Positions 18,520-28,778 of a stretch of 64,000 nt of DNA are shown here, piece by piece. A program made the translations under genes and the position numbers. Each line of letters opens with the position of its first letter. Position 1 is the first letter of the stretch. Origin of the DNA: an uncultured Thermomicrobiales bacterium. Lineage in GTDB: Bacteria > Chloroflexota > Chloroflexia > Thermomicrobiales > CFX8. The notes under the pieces are model-generated. The model had not been told where the DNA came from and did not search any database. It saw only the letters and a program-made list of their open reading frames with translations. The stretch covers positions 57,814 through 121,813 of the forward strand of contig CAYWXR010000008.1 of assembly GCA_964462545.1 (NCBI GenBank), written 5' to 3'.

Positions 18520-21282
18520 ATGATCGCAGGGCGTGACCAGGAACTCAGGGCGATTGACTGGCTGTTTGGCAACCTCACCGCCGGACCAGCGGTAATGGTG
18601 CTTGCCGGCGAGGCCGGAATTGGCAAGACGACGCTCTGGCAGGTCGGAATTGACCGGGCAATGACGAACGGCTTCACGGCCCTGGTCTGCCGGCCAGCAA
18701 CATCCGACCTTCGACTCAGCTATGCGGGGCTGTCCGACCTGCTGACTGACGTGTCACCAACCCGGCTTGACGTGCTGCCGGCACCCCAACGTCAGGCCAT
18801 TGATGCTGCCCTGCTGAAAATCCTGACCTCCGGGGCTGAACCCGATCCACGAGCCGTGGCCACCGGGTTTCTGTCAATACTCCAGGGTCTTTCCCGAGAC
18901 GGGCCGGTACTCCTGGCAATTGATGACCTTCAATGGCTGGATGAACCTTCCCGCCAGGTCGTGAACTTCGCTATCCGGCGCTGCAGGGGCCCTGTCGCCG
19001 TTCTTCTCACCCGACGAACAGGAGAAGGTCACGCTTCGGTAGAGGATCCGATGCCACACGATCCGCTCCGGTATCGGCTCATTGAACCTGGAGCCCTTTG
19101 CAGAAACGCTCTGCTGCAAATGCTGAACGATGTCGCGAAGCAGCCAATCCCGCGTTCGGAGTTCGCCCGGATTGCCCGGGTATCTGGCGGAAACCCGTTC
19201 TTCGCGCTGGAACTGCTTCGTAGTTCTACCGAAAGACATACCGGCGGAATCATCATTCCGGAGAGCCTGCAATCCCTTGTCCGTGACCGGATCGACAGGC
19301 TGGATCCGGATGTCCAGGAGGTCGTCCGGCTCGTCTCCGCCCTTGCACAGCCAACGATCAACATCGTGCAACGGGCGTTCCCGGACGTTGATGTTCGCTC
19401 ATTGCTGGGCGTTGCCGAAGATCATGACGTTATCCGGATTGCGCCGCACGGCGAAATCCGGTTTTCTCACCCCCTGCTGGCAGCCGGCGCCTACGCCGGC
19501 GTCCAGCCGGCCGCGCAAAGGGAACTGCACCGTCAAATCAGCACGCTGGTCGACCATCCGGAAGAGCGTGCCCGGCATCTGGCACTCGCGACAATCGGGG
19601 CCGACCCCGATACACTCCATGCGCTGGCAAACGCAGCCGAACATGCCCGCCAGCGCGGCGCCCCGGCGACCTCCGCAGAGCTCCTCGAACTTGCCCTGCA
19701 ACTCGGCGACAACGAACCGGAACGCATAGTTCAGGCTGCGCACGACCACTACAGCGCCAACAACCTGCAGCGTGCCCGGGAACTCCTGGAGCGGGCATTG
19801 AAAAACTCAGGGCCAGGCATACTCCGGGCAAGAGCGTTGGGCCTCCTGGGTACGATCCGGTTCGAAACCGACGCGGGCCGGGATGCCGCCGACCTGCTGG
19901 AGCAGGCAGTACGGGCTGCCGCCGGGCATGCTGACCTGCGAGCGTCACTCCGGATCGATCTGGCGTACGTGTTGTTTCTAAACGGCCGCATCCCTGAGAG
20001 TCTGCGACACATCAAAACAGCCATTGCCGAAGCCGAACTGGCGGATGATCCCGGTCTGCTTGCCGAAGCATTGGCTTCGTTCTGTATCGAACGATTCCTG
20101 GCGGCAGCCAGTACTGATGAGGAGACCCTGCAACGAGCGCTTGAACTCGAGGACCCAACCCGACGCACACCTGTCCGGCGCTGGCCCTCAACCATCGCTG
20201 CCCAGATCCTCCGCTGGACCTACCAGTTGGATGCGTCGCTTCTCCGCTTCGAAACTGTCAGGCAACGCTGTCTGGATCAAGGTTTGGAAAGTGATCTCTG
20301 GTTCGTCTCGCTCGGAGCAATTCCGGCGGCTTGCGGGGCGGGTGACATTGCAACAGCCAGATTGCTGGTTGCAGATACCCTGGATCGGGCCGGTATTGTC
20401 GCTTCGGATCATGCGTTGGGGATGGCGCATCTGTTCGAAACCCAACTCGCCGCCTGGACCGGTGATATCGCCACAGCACGTCAGGCAGCTGCAAGAGCCA
20501 ACACCCATCTTGCAGCAGGTGGAGCCAGCACAATCAGTCTGGAAATTCCAGCTGCAATGGGACTGCTTGAACTGTCACGTGGAGATTATGAGGCAGCCGC
20601 AACCCATCTGGTCCCTGCCGCCAACGCCGCCATCAGAATGCGTTTCAGCGAGCCGGCCTCGGCCCAGTTTCTACCCGATACCGCCGAAACGTTGTTGGCT
20701 CTCGGACAGTATGATCAGGCAATCCCGATCATCGAGCTACTCGAAAGCAGTGCCAGGACTTCCGACCGGCATTGGGCACTGATGGTATCCAATCGATGCC
20801 GGGCATTGGCACTGGCGGCAGAAGGAGACCTCACCGGTGCTGCTTTGGCATTTGCCAGGGCACTCGATGCAGATGCATCACTACCAGCATTGCGCTACGA
20901 CCGAGCCCGTACCCTGCTGGCACTTGCCGGGCTCCAGCGACGTCGCAACCAGCGCCGGGCTGCACTGGCGTCATTGCAGGAAGCGTCGGATCTATTTGCA
21001 TCTGTGGGTGCAAACGGCTGGAAACGTCGCGCCGATGACGACATGACCCGACTCGGCCTGCAACCCGTGCCGGGCGATGACTTGACTCCCTCGGAGGAGC
21101 AGGTTGCACTTCTGGCTGCGTCGGGCATGACCAATCGCAAAATCGCCTCGGCCCTGTCCATCAGCCCCAAGACCGTCGAGGCGCATCTCACCCGAGCCTA
21201 TCAAAAGCTTGGAATCCACTCCCGGGCGCAACTGGGATGGCGCATGGCCGAACGATCACAGCAATCGACCGGGACAGCATAG
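18520..21282 (+). CDS. Large ATP-binding LuxR-family regulator (AAA/STAND-TPR-HTH, LAL/MalT-like)
   Basis: Walker A GEAGIGKT, Walker B LAIDDLQWLD, GGNPFFALEL, FSHPL, C-terminal LTPSEEQVALLAASGMTNRKIASALSISPKTVEAHL. Confidence 0.9.
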   Translation: MIAGRDQELRAIDWLFGNLTAGPAVMVLAGEAGIGKTTLWQVGIDRAMTNGFTALVCRPATSDLRLSYAGLSDLLTDVSPTRLDVLPAPQRQAIDAALLKILTSGAEPDPRAVATGFLSILQGLSRDGPVLLAIDDLQWLDEPSRQVVNFAIRRCRGPVAVLLTRRTGEGHASVEDPMPHDPLRYRLIEPGALCRNALLQMLNDVAKQPIPRSEFARIARVSGGNPFFALELLRSSTERHTGGIIIPESLQSLVRDRIDRLDPDVQEVVRLVSALAQPTINIVQRAFPDVDVRSLLGVAEDHDVIRIAPHGEIRFSHPLLAAGAYAGVQPAAQRELHRQISTLVDHPEERARHLALATIGADPDTLHALANAAEHARQRGAPATSAELLELALQLGDNEPERIVQAAHDHYSANNLQRARELLERALKNSGPGILRARALGLLGTIRFETDAGRDAADLLEQAVRAAAGHADLRASLRIDLAYVLFLNGRIPESLRHIKTAIAEAELADDPGLLAEALASFCIERFLAAASTDEETLQRALELEDPTRRTPVRRWPSTIAAQILRWTYQLDASLLRFETVRQRCLDQGLESDLWFVSLGAIPAACGAGDIATARLLVADTLDRAGIVASDHALGMAHLFETQLAAWTGDIATARQAAARANTHLAAGGASTISLEIPAAMGLLELSRGDYEAAATHLVPAANAAIRMRFSEPASAQFLPDTAETLLALGQYDQAIPIIELLESSARTSDRHWALMVSNRCRALALAAEGDLTGAALAFARALDADASLPALRYDRARTLLALAGLQRRRNQRRAALASLQEASDLFASVGANGWKRRADDDMTRLGLQPVPGDDLTPSEEQVALLAASGMTNRKIASALSISPKTVEAHLTRAYQKLGIHSRAQLGWRMAERSQQSTGTA

Positions 21283-21297
21283 GGAATCACCCGATGC
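21277..21297. promoter_or_regulatory. Putative operator of the AAA-LuxR regulator
   Basis: Inverted repeat GCATAGGG-AATCA-CCCGATGC across the luxR stop codon, about 70 bp upstream of the next gene. Confidence 0.45.
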
Positions 21298-21364
21298 GAT
21301 CAGTCCAGGCCTCCTGCATAGTGATTTCCACTGTCTCGATGCAACAGCAGTTCAGGAGGACTGA

Positions 21365-22003
21365 ATGCAACTCTCGGCCCGCGACACGCTTTCACCGTTC
21401 GCCGCCCGGGCTTTCGGGCTGGCGCTCATTATTGCGCCACTGTTGTTACTGGCAAGCACGATTGCGTACATCACCGAAGGTGAGAAGATCAACCACGGGG
21501 TGCTGGGCGGCACAATCGGAGTCTGGTCTGTATTTGCAATCGGATTTGCCATGGTCGGCTTGTTCCGGATGTTGGAACCTCACGCTCCACGGGCGTCAAT
21601 CATCCTGACGTTGATGATCGTCATGGTTGTTGCCGGCGGCACAGCGTTCAATATCCAGGGTATTTTCGTGGCCTTGTACGACGTCGATTTCATGAACGAT
21701 ACGGCCATCACCGGATCCGACACCATCGCGATTCTGGCATTCCTGCCGTGGGGACTGTTCATGCCAATTACGATGATCGCCACCGGCGTCGTCCTTTGGC
21801 GTACCCGGGCCGTTGCCCGGCCCGTTGCCATACTCTTCGCCGCCGCCGGAATCCTCTTCGTTGCCTCACGCCCTGAACAGATCAACGTGCTCGCCATTTT
21901 CTCCGACCTTGTGTTCCTCGCAGCAATGGCACCGCTTGGCTGGGCAGTGCTGAACGAAGGCCGGGCGCCACAGTCCGAATCAGTGCCGGAACCTGTTGCC
22001 TGA
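21365..22003 (+). CDS. Multi-pass membrane protein (DUF4386-like)
   Basis: About 6 hydrophobic helices; strong RBS AGGAGGA. Confidence 0.7.
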   Translation: MQLSARDTLSPFAARAFGLALIIAPLLLLASTIAYITEGEKINHGVLGGTIGVWSVFAIGFAMVGLFRMLEPHAPRASIILTLMIVMVVAGGTAFNIQGIFVALYDVDFMNDTAITGSDTIAILAFLPWGLFMPITMIATGVVLWRTRAVARPVAILFAAAGILFVASRPEQINVLAIFSDLVFLAAMAPLGWAVLNEGRAPQSESVPEPVA

Positions 22004-22096
22004 TTCCAACACTGGTAGCATTTCCTTTCCCGAACGCCCTGCCAGATGTGATATTGTCTTCCGTTATGGCATCGCATCCGGGGAGGGAATGCTCAG

Positions 22097-22786
22097 GTGC
22101 TCTTTGGGACGGAATCCAACCTCGATCTGGCGCAGGCGCTGTTCGACCTGGGGGGCGTGCAGTTCGGGTCATTTGATCTCGCTGGCAGCGCCGGGGTTTC
22201 ACCGATTTACATCAATCCGCGAGTCCTGATCAGCGAGCCGGCCATGTTACGCCGGATTGCCCGGCTGATTACCTCGCAGATTCGTGCTGACCAGAGCCGT
22301 CGACGGCCGCACCTTGGCAGTTTTGCCGCCGTGGCCGGGGTCCCGATGGGTGGACTGCATATCGCCACGGCCTTCGCGCTGGAAAGCGATACCCCGCTGA
22401 TTTATCCACGGCCCTCGAGCGGAGTGCTGGATGACGACTCCCTGCAGGTTGAGGGACGCATCATCCCCGGGCAATCGGCACTGATTATCGACGACCTGAT
22501 GACCGGTGGACGCTCGATCCTGACAACCGCCAGGCAACTTGCCCGTGCCGAAATGCGGGTGCGAGATGCGATTGTCCTGATTGACCGGGAGCAAGGTGGC
22601 GTCGAACGGTTGCATAGCTATGGCTACCACGTGATCCCGATTCTGCGGTTACGGACGATGCTCAACTTCTACCGTTCACAACGCATGATTGACGAACGCA
22701 CCTTCCAGGAGACGATGGCTTATCTGGACGCCAAGGATGAGGAGCGCCGGACAGCCAAACCTGGTACTGGTGAGCCACTCCAGTAA
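22097..22786 (+). CDS. Orotate phosphoribosyltransferase-like protein (divergent PyrE paralog)
   Basis: VQFGSF...SPIYINPR, VAGVPMGGL, PRPP motif ALIIDDLMTGGRSI, VLIDREQGG. Confidence 0.75.
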   Translation: MLFGTESNLDLAQALFDLGGVQFGSFDLAGSAGVSPIYINPRVLISEPAMLRRIARLITSQIRADQSRRRPHLGSFAAVAGVPMGGLHIATAFALESDTPLIYPRPSSGVLDDDSLQVEGRIIPGQSALIIDDLMTGGRSILTTARQLARAEMRVRDAIVLIDREQGGVERLHSYGYHVIPILRLRTMLNFYRSQRMIDERTFQETMAYLDAKDEERRTAKPGTGEPLQ

Positions 22787-22855
22787 CGACATCCAACCTT
22801 GTCGCTGGCTATACTCGGGAACAGCGTAATCCGTACTCGAGATTGACTGGGAAAG

Positions 22856-25800
22856 ATGCCGGAACGGCCGGGGGACGCACCGGAACCACAAACCACCGAA
22901 AAGTCCGGTCGCGGACGGCGCTCTGCCGCCCGCACAACACCACGCCCATACCCGGCAAACCAGCGTGACCGCGAAATTCGCGAACTACGGGCGCTGCTCC
23001 AGATCACCAAGGCGGCCTCGGCTTCTCTGGACATGGAGACAGTGCTCGAGCAAGGCTGCCGGCATTCGGCCCAGGGTTCCGATTGCTCCGGCGCGTTCAT
23101 CCTCGAGTTTGACCGGCCCGGCAACCAGTTGCGTTGCACCGCACTCTGGGCTCCGGATCTGCCGCACACGGCCAGGGAACTGCTGCTGGCCACCCGCTAC
23201 AACCTCACCAGCGATACCGGCATCGCGCTCCGGGCCGTTCGCTACGACCGTCCGATTGTCGTTGCCGACTCCCGCAACGAGCCCGATATGCATGATGTCT
23301 GGATCCGGACTGTTGGCCGCGGTTCGATGATTGCCTCACCGCTCCACGATGGCGACGGAGTCAGCGGGGCGCTGGTGCTGTTCGAACAGTTTCCGGACGA
23401 CCTGTATCCCGGCGACACACCACCCCGGCATTTCACCGACGATGATGTCGCCTTCGTCACGGCCATCGCCGAACAGATTTCGCGGGCAATCAACAACGCC
23501 CGCCGCTACTACGAAACCGAGCGCGACCGCTCCCAGCGACTGGCTGAAATCGACGCGCTGGTCGAAACGATCTCCGAAGGAGTCATTCTCCTGGATACCC
23601 GTCAGCGAGTCGTCCGGGCCAACAAGACGCTGGAGCGGATGTTCGGCGGTGAGGTCAAGCCACGCACGCTGACAACCGAAGTCGCCGAAACCTTCAAATA
23701 CTCAACCAACGACGGCCAACGCTATCCGACAGACCGGCTCCCCGGATTGCGTGCCTTGCAAGGTGAGACGATCCGCGATGCGGAAATCCTGATCCAGCGG
23801 CCTGATGGTTCACACGCGTTCCTCTCGGTGACAGCAAGCCCGATCCTGGATAGTGAAGGACGGATCGAGGGGGCCTTGCTGCTTTACCGCGACATTACCT
23901 TGCAGATTCACCGGGAGCGGCAAGCCGCCACATTCCAGACAATCTCCCAGCATCTGGCCAGTTCCGAACTGGATGTCGAGACGGTGGTCGATACGGTGGT
24001 CGACCGCATCGCGGAGAGCATCGAACCGAGTTTCATTTCGTTGATGCTTTATGACCCGGTGAAAAACAGCCTGCAATACGCTGCCGGACGGAACCTTCCC
24101 GAGGGCTGGCAGGATGCACCGCCGCTGGACCTTGAGGGGCCATCGCTGGCATCACTGGCGGCACGATTGCGTCTTACCGTGGCGGTGCCGGATTTCAACG
24201 AGTTGCCGGAGGGTATGAAACCCGGCCCGGAAGAAGCCCTCAGCGGGAGCGCCATCATCGTGCCGCTCATCGCCCGCAACGAACTGCTGGGCACGCTTGG
24301 CTACGGCCGCGCCACTCCCTACACCTTCAGCGATGCCGAGGTGTCCTTTCTCGAGATGATTGCTGCCCAGTGTGCGCTGACCATTCACAACGCCAAGCTC
24401 TACGAGCAGCGCAGCCAGCAGCAGGCGTTCCTCTCGGAAGTGGTCAATCAACTACCGGCAAGTCTGGCGGTGTTTGAACGCTTCCCGAACCCCGGCACGC
24501 CGACCGACTACCGCATATCCATGATCAACGCATCGGGACGTGAATTGCTCACGAAGTTGCTGGGCAATCAGCATGACGTGGGAACCGGCGCATCAATCCG
24601 CCGCACCATTCGCCGGCAACCGGCCCGTACACTGATCGAGATGCTCGATTCCGCATCGGTCGACGGGAATGTTCACCAGTTCAACGAGGTTTCGACCGAA
24701 GACCCGAGTGGTACACGCCGCTACTGGAGCGGCACCATCGTCCCGCTGAAGAGCCGGGTACAGACCGGTGAACTCCTGCTTCTGGCAACCGAGGTGACCG
24801 ATGCGGTCAATACCCGCCGCCGGATTGAAAACCTGGTCCAGATCGCCGCAACTCACGCGGCAGAACTGGAAGCGACGGTCGGTGCCATTGCCGATGCCGT
24901 TCTGGTGTGTGACCCGGACGGAAAGATCACACTCGCCAACCATGTCGCTCTGGCATCGTACGGGGTGGATTCGCTTGCCGAACTGGAGAGTATCCGGAAC
25001 ATTACCGACCGGGCACTCTGGCGGAACACCAGCGGACAACGCATTGCTGTCGAGGACAACCCGTTGAGCCGAGCCCTTCGAGGCGAAACCAACCAGGACG
25101 ATTACACCCAGTTCGACCACCGGCTTGGCCGCGATGTCTACCGCCGGGTCAGTGGCTCACCGGTTCACGACACCAACGGCAACATTATCGGTGCCGTGGC
25201 GCTGGCAACCGACATCACCAGTCTGGTGGAACTCGATCAACTCAAGGACGAATTCTTCACGGTCGTTACCCATGAATTACGTACGCCGCTGACGACGATC
25301 AAGGGCTACGGACAGATGCTCGCGCGGCAGATTGAAGCCGCCGGAGCGAGTCCGCCACGTGCCCTGACCGCGTTGCGAGAACAAAGCGACCGGATGGAGC
25401 GGCTCATCAACCAGTTGCTGGATGTCGCCAGGATCGACACCGACCAACTGATGCTCCGGCCGGCAGAAATGGACATCGTGCCACTCATTCGCCAGTTGGC
25501 GGCTGATATCGGCCGTGAGACCGACCACCACACCATCACGGTCTCCAGCGACGTGTCATCGATCCGTGGCGTCTGGGACAGTGACCGCCTGACCCAGGTC
25601 ATCACCAACCTGCTCACCAATGCCGTCAATTACAGTCCAGACGGTGGAGAGATCAATGTGCGCATCTGGCAGGAGCAGGATGGCGGCGTCGGGTTCTCGG
25701 TACAGGACCAGGGAATCGGCATCCCGGCCGACCAGATCCCGCAGATCTTCGCCCGCTACCGCCGACTGCACGCCCGGCCAGGCCATATCACCAATGGACT

Positions 25801-25939
25801 CGGGGTGGGTCTCTACATTACACGCCGGATTATTGACGCTCACGGTGGGCGGATCGACGTCGAGAGCGAATACGGCCGCGGTACACGTTTCACGGTCCGC
25901 CTGCCGGCGAGAGTGCCCGAAGCTGCGCCCGAAGAGTAA
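22856..25939 (+). CDS. Cytoplasmic GAF/PAS sensor histidine kinase
   Basis: GAF-PAS-GAF-PAS-PAS; H box KDEFFTVVTHELRTPLT; N box QVITNLLTNAVNYS; DQGIGI; GLGVGL; no TM. Confidence 0.93.
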   Translation: MPERPGDAPEPQTTEKSGRGRRSAARTTPRPYPANQRDREIRELRALLQITKAASASLDMETVLEQGCRHSAQGSDCSGAFILEFDRPGNQLRCTALWAPDLPHTARELLLATRYNLTSDTGIALRAVRYDRPIVVADSRNEPDMHDVWIRTVGRGSMIASPLHDGDGVSGALVLFEQFPDDLYPGDTPPRHFTDDDVAFVTAIAEQISRAINNARRYYETERDRSQRLAEIDALVETISEGVILLDTRQRVVRANKTLERMFGGEVKPRTLTTEVAETFKYSTNDGQRYPTDRLPGLRALQGETIRDAEILIQRPDGSHAFLSVTASPILDSEGRIEGALLLYRDITLQIHRERQAATFQTISQHLASSELDVETVVDTVVDRIAESIEPSFISLMLYDPVKNSLQYAAGRNLPEGWQDAPPLDLEGPSLASLAARLRLTVAVPDFNELPEGMKPGPEEALSGSAIIVPLIARNELLGTLGYGRATPYTFSDAEVSFLEMIAAQCALTIHNAKLYEQRSQQQAFLSEVVNQLPASLAVFERFPNPGTPTDYRISMINASGRELLTKLLGNQHDVGTGASIRRTIRRQPARTLIEMLDSASVDGNVHQFNEVSTEDPSGTRRYWSGTIVPLKSRVQTGELLLLATEVTDAVNTRRRIENLVQIAATHAAELEATVGAIADAVLVCDPDGKITLANHVALASYGVDSLAELESIRNITDRALWRNTSGQRIAVEDNPLSRALRGETNQDDYTQFDHRLGRDVYRRVSGSPVHDTNGNIIGAVALATDITSLVELDQLKDEFFTVVTHELRTPLTTIKGYGQMLARQIEAAGASPPRALTALREQSDRMERLINQLLDVARIDTDQLMLRPAEMDIVPLIRQLAADIGRETDHHTITVSSDVSSIRGVWDSDRLTQVITNLLTNAVNYSPDGGEINVRIWQEQDGGVGFSVQDQGIGIPADQIPQIFARYRRLHARPGHITNGLGVGLYITRRIIDAHGGRIDVESEYGRGTRFTVRLPARVPEAAPEE

Positions 25940-25949
25940 AGGACCACAC

Positions 25950-27113
25950 ATGCACTTCGAATATACCCCGCAGCATCAGGAACTGATCGAGCGGACCCGG
26001 CAGATGTGTGCCCCGTTCGACCTCGAGTACTGGCGGGAACTTGACCGTACCGAGAGCTACCCGCACGAGTTCGTCCAGGCGTGTATCGACGCCGGCCTGC
26101 ACGGACTGGTCATTCCAAAGGAATACGGGGGTGAGGGGCTCGGCGTAACCGAGGCAGCACTTGTGCTGGAGACAGTGTGCGCCAGTGGTGCCGGCACCAG
26201 CGGCGCGTCGCCCCTGCACCTGGCGATGTTCCCGCCATTGCCTATCCAGATGCACGGTTCGGAAGCATTGAAGGCCGGGTTTCTGCCGCGTCTGGCATCG
26301 GGTGAAATCAAGATGTCCTTCGGTGTGACGGAAGCCGAGGCAGGATCGGACACTTCCCGGATCAAGGTCCGGGCCGAGAAGATTCCGGGCGGATGGCGAA
26401 TCAATGGCGAGAAGGCATGGCTCTCCAACGGCCAGCATGCGCAGTACGCGCTCATCCTCGCACGGACAGCCGACCGCAACCCGGAGAAACCCTTCCAGGG
26501 TCTGACCCTTTTCTTTATTGATCTCGACCCTGCTACCTGCAAACTGGAAATCGTCGACAAGACCGGACGCAACACGGTCGATTCAAATGTCCTCACCATG
26601 ACCAATGTCGAGGTTTCCGATGATCGGGTCGTGGGAGAAGTCGGCCGGGGCTTCTACCACCTGTTGGATGGCCTCAACCCGGAACGGATCGTGATTGCGA
26701 TGGAGGCAGTCGGAATCGGACGTTCGGCGTTGAAGATCGCAACGGATTACGCCCGTAAGCGGGAAGTATTCGGCCGGCCGATTGGCCAGAACCAGTCCAT
26801 TGCCCACCCGCTCGCCCGTTGCTGGGCCGAACTGGAATCCGCCGAACTGCTGGCGATGAAAGCTGCCTGGTTGTTCGATCAGGGCAAGCCGTGCGGTGCC
26901 GAAGCCAACGCCGCCAAGTACCTCGCCTCCGAAGCCGGGTTCAGGGCGTGCGATGTCGCCATGCAAACACTCGGCGGCAGAGGTTACCGCAAGGACTACC
27001 ACGTCGAACGGCTATGGCGAGAGGCTCGTCTCTACCAGATCGTGCCGATCTCGCAGGAGATGATTCTCAACTTCATTTCCCAGCATGTGCTGGACCTGCC
27101 GAAGTCGTACTAG
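25950..27113 (+). CDS. Acyl-CoA dehydrogenase
   Basis: IPKEYGGEGLG, FGVTEAEAGSD, INGEKAWLSN, LNPERI, REVFGRPIGQNQ, QTLGGRGY. Confidence 0.93.
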   Translation: MHFEYTPQHQELIERTRQMCAPFDLEYWRELDRTESYPHEFVQACIDAGLHGLVIPKEYGGEGLGVTEAALVLETVCASGAGTSGASPLHLAMFPPLPIQMHGSEALKAGFLPRLASGEIKMSFGVTEAEAGSDTSRIKVRAEKIPGGWRINGEKAWLSNGQHAQYALILARTADRNPEKPFQGLTLFFIDLDPATCKLEIVDKTGRNTVDSNVLTMTNVEVSDDRVVGEVGRGFYHLLDGLNPERIVIAMEAVGIGRSALKIATDYARKREVFGRPIGQNQSIAHPLARCWAELESAELLAMKAAWLFDQGKPCGAEANAAKYLASEAGFRACDVAMQTLGGRGYRKDYHVERLWREARLYQIVPISQEMILNFISQHVLDLPKSY

Positions 27114-27409
27114 ACCGGCGAAGGACCGTCATAGGCGCTGCCGGAGACAACGTTCCAGGTGCGGATGGACCAACTGGTTACCAGGCCGTTCTGCACGTAA
27201 GGGTCGTTGTTGACGAATGATTCGGCCACCGAAATGTCGTCACCGCGGAAGATGATCATGGCCCCCTGCGAGGCATCCTCAAACGCACCGCCAAGCACCA
27301 TGTCGCCACGCTCGGCGAACGAACGGGCCAGCGTCAGGTGTTCTTGCCGGTAGGCCGCCCTTCGCTCGACGTAGTCATCAACCACCTGATAGGTCACTAC
27401 GAAATACAC
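27110..27409 (-). CDS. YciI family protein
   Basis: RAAYRQEHL, LGGAF, FVNNDPYVQNGLV..WSIRTW. Confidence 0.85.
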   Translation of the reverse strand: MYFVVTYQVVDDYVERRAAYRQEHLTLARSFAERGDMVLGGAFEDASQGAMIIFRGDDISVAESFVNNDPYVQNGLVTSWSIRTWNVVSGSAYDGPSPV

Positions 27410-27488
27410 GGCGTTCTCCTTGGAACAGATCGACTATGGTACCCTCCCCCGGGTGGCAAGGGAACGTTGCTGGAAGGGTAAGACTGCC

Positions 27489-27701
27489 ATGGACCGGACC
27501 GCGGAAGACCGGCGACGCCGGCGGCGATTCCTGATCGGATTACAAATCCTGCGATTCATCATCGCCGCCGTATTGATTGGTATCGCAATCTACTTCCGCG
27601 ACCCGTTGCTCGTTATTCTTGCCATCGCGTTTGTTGGCGTCGGCATCATCACCACCCGTCTGCGCCTTAAGGCAGAAGAAGCCGACGAACTCCCGAACTA
27701 G
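27489..27701 (+). CDS. Small 2-TM hypothetical protein
   Basis: Poly-Arg N-terminus followed by two hydrophobic helices. Confidence 0.55.
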   Translation: MDRTAEDRRRRRRFLIGLQILRFIIAAVLIGIAIYFRDPLLVILAIAFVGVGIITTRLRLKAEEADELPN

Positions 27702-27731
27702 CCAACCGGCGACGGTCACCGGGAGCGAACG

Positions 27732-28604
27732 CTAGATCCGCTTGAGCCTGGTTACGCGCTGGCCTTCGAGTACCTCACCAACGTACAGCGACCCTTCGGA
27801 ATCCAGCCAGACCGAGTGCGGTGCAACAAAATATCCCGGTTCTGCCTTTGATTCTCCGCCAATCCGGGCAATGATCGCATCATCCGGATCAAGAATCGTC
27901 ACCCGATGCTGCAACTCCCCGACGTAGCGGTAGCCTTCGTCATCGACCACCAGATCAACGGGTTGCTTGAATCCACTCAACTTGGTGATGTACTCACCAT
28001 CAAGACTGAACACCTGGATGCGGTGGTTCTGCCGGTCGCATACATAGACTACCGGCTCACCACGTCGCTCGATCACCCGTGCAGCATGGACCAGGTTGAA
28101 CTGACCCGGGCCAACCCCCGGTTCCCCCCAGGATCGAATCAGTTCGCCCTTTGCTGAATACTGGTGGACCCGCGAGTTGCCGTAGCCATCCGAAACATAG
28201 ATATCGCCATTCGGGGCAATCCCGGCATCGGTCGGGCGATTGAACGGATCGCCGTTCTCACCCGCCACTCCCGGCGTGCCGGCCTGCCAGACAATCTCGC
28301 CGTCCAGTGTCGTCCGGGAAACCGTTTGTCCGAGACGATCAACGACGATGAAGTACTCGCCGTCGTCATCGCTTCCGATCGAGACGCCATGGATGTCCTC
28401 AAACGGGTTACCGTTCTCCCAGGTGCCCAGATAGTCGCCATCGGTGTTGAAGATCATCGGGGAAATCTCGCCCCGGTGGAAAATGAAGACCCGGTCGCTG
28501 GAGTCAACGACAATCTCAACCACCTGGCCCCATGAGGTTCCTTCCGGCATGGTTGGCCAGTTCTCGACAACCTCGTACTGACGGTTGCCGCTTCCCACAA
28601 TCAT
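27732..28604 (-). CDS. NHL-repeat protein, peptidyl-alpha-hydroxyglycine lyase (PAL)-like
   Basis: PFNRPTDAGIAPNGDIYVSDGYGNSRVH, WGEPGVGPGQFNLVH, VYVCDRQNHRIQVF. Confidence 0.85.
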   Translation of the reverse strand: MIVGSGNRQYEVVENWPTMPEGTSWGQVVEIVVDSSDRVFIFHRGEISPMIFNTDGDYLGTWENGNPFEDIHGVSIGSDDDGEYFIVVDRLGQTVSRTTLDGEIVWQAGTPGVAGENGDPFNRPTDAGIAPNGDIYVSDGYGNSRVHQYSAKGELIRSWGEPGVGPGQFNLVHAARVIERRGEPVVYVCDRQNHRIQVFSLDGEYITKLSGFKQPVDLVVDDEGYRYVGELQHRVTILDPDDAIIARIGGESKAEPGYFVAPHSVWLDSEGSLYVGEVLEGQRVTRLKRI

Positions 28605-28778
28605 GAGCCTTGCTCCTCACGCAATTCACTGGCGGATTGTTTGCTGGCAGTCTAGCACCGAATGTTGCGTTTTTTGGGACCATCGGGCGCTTGGTTCACC
28701 GGTTTGTCCTGCGTACCATCAACACTGGCGAGGTGTTACGTGAACGAACCGCAACCGGCGGGAAGGTTAGTTCTCAGC

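Noticed and set aside
25620-25949. N-terminal extension of the acyl-CoA dehydrogenase overlapping the kinase gene
   Set aside because: The likely start is ATG 25950 after AAAGGA; the extension is only an open alternate frame
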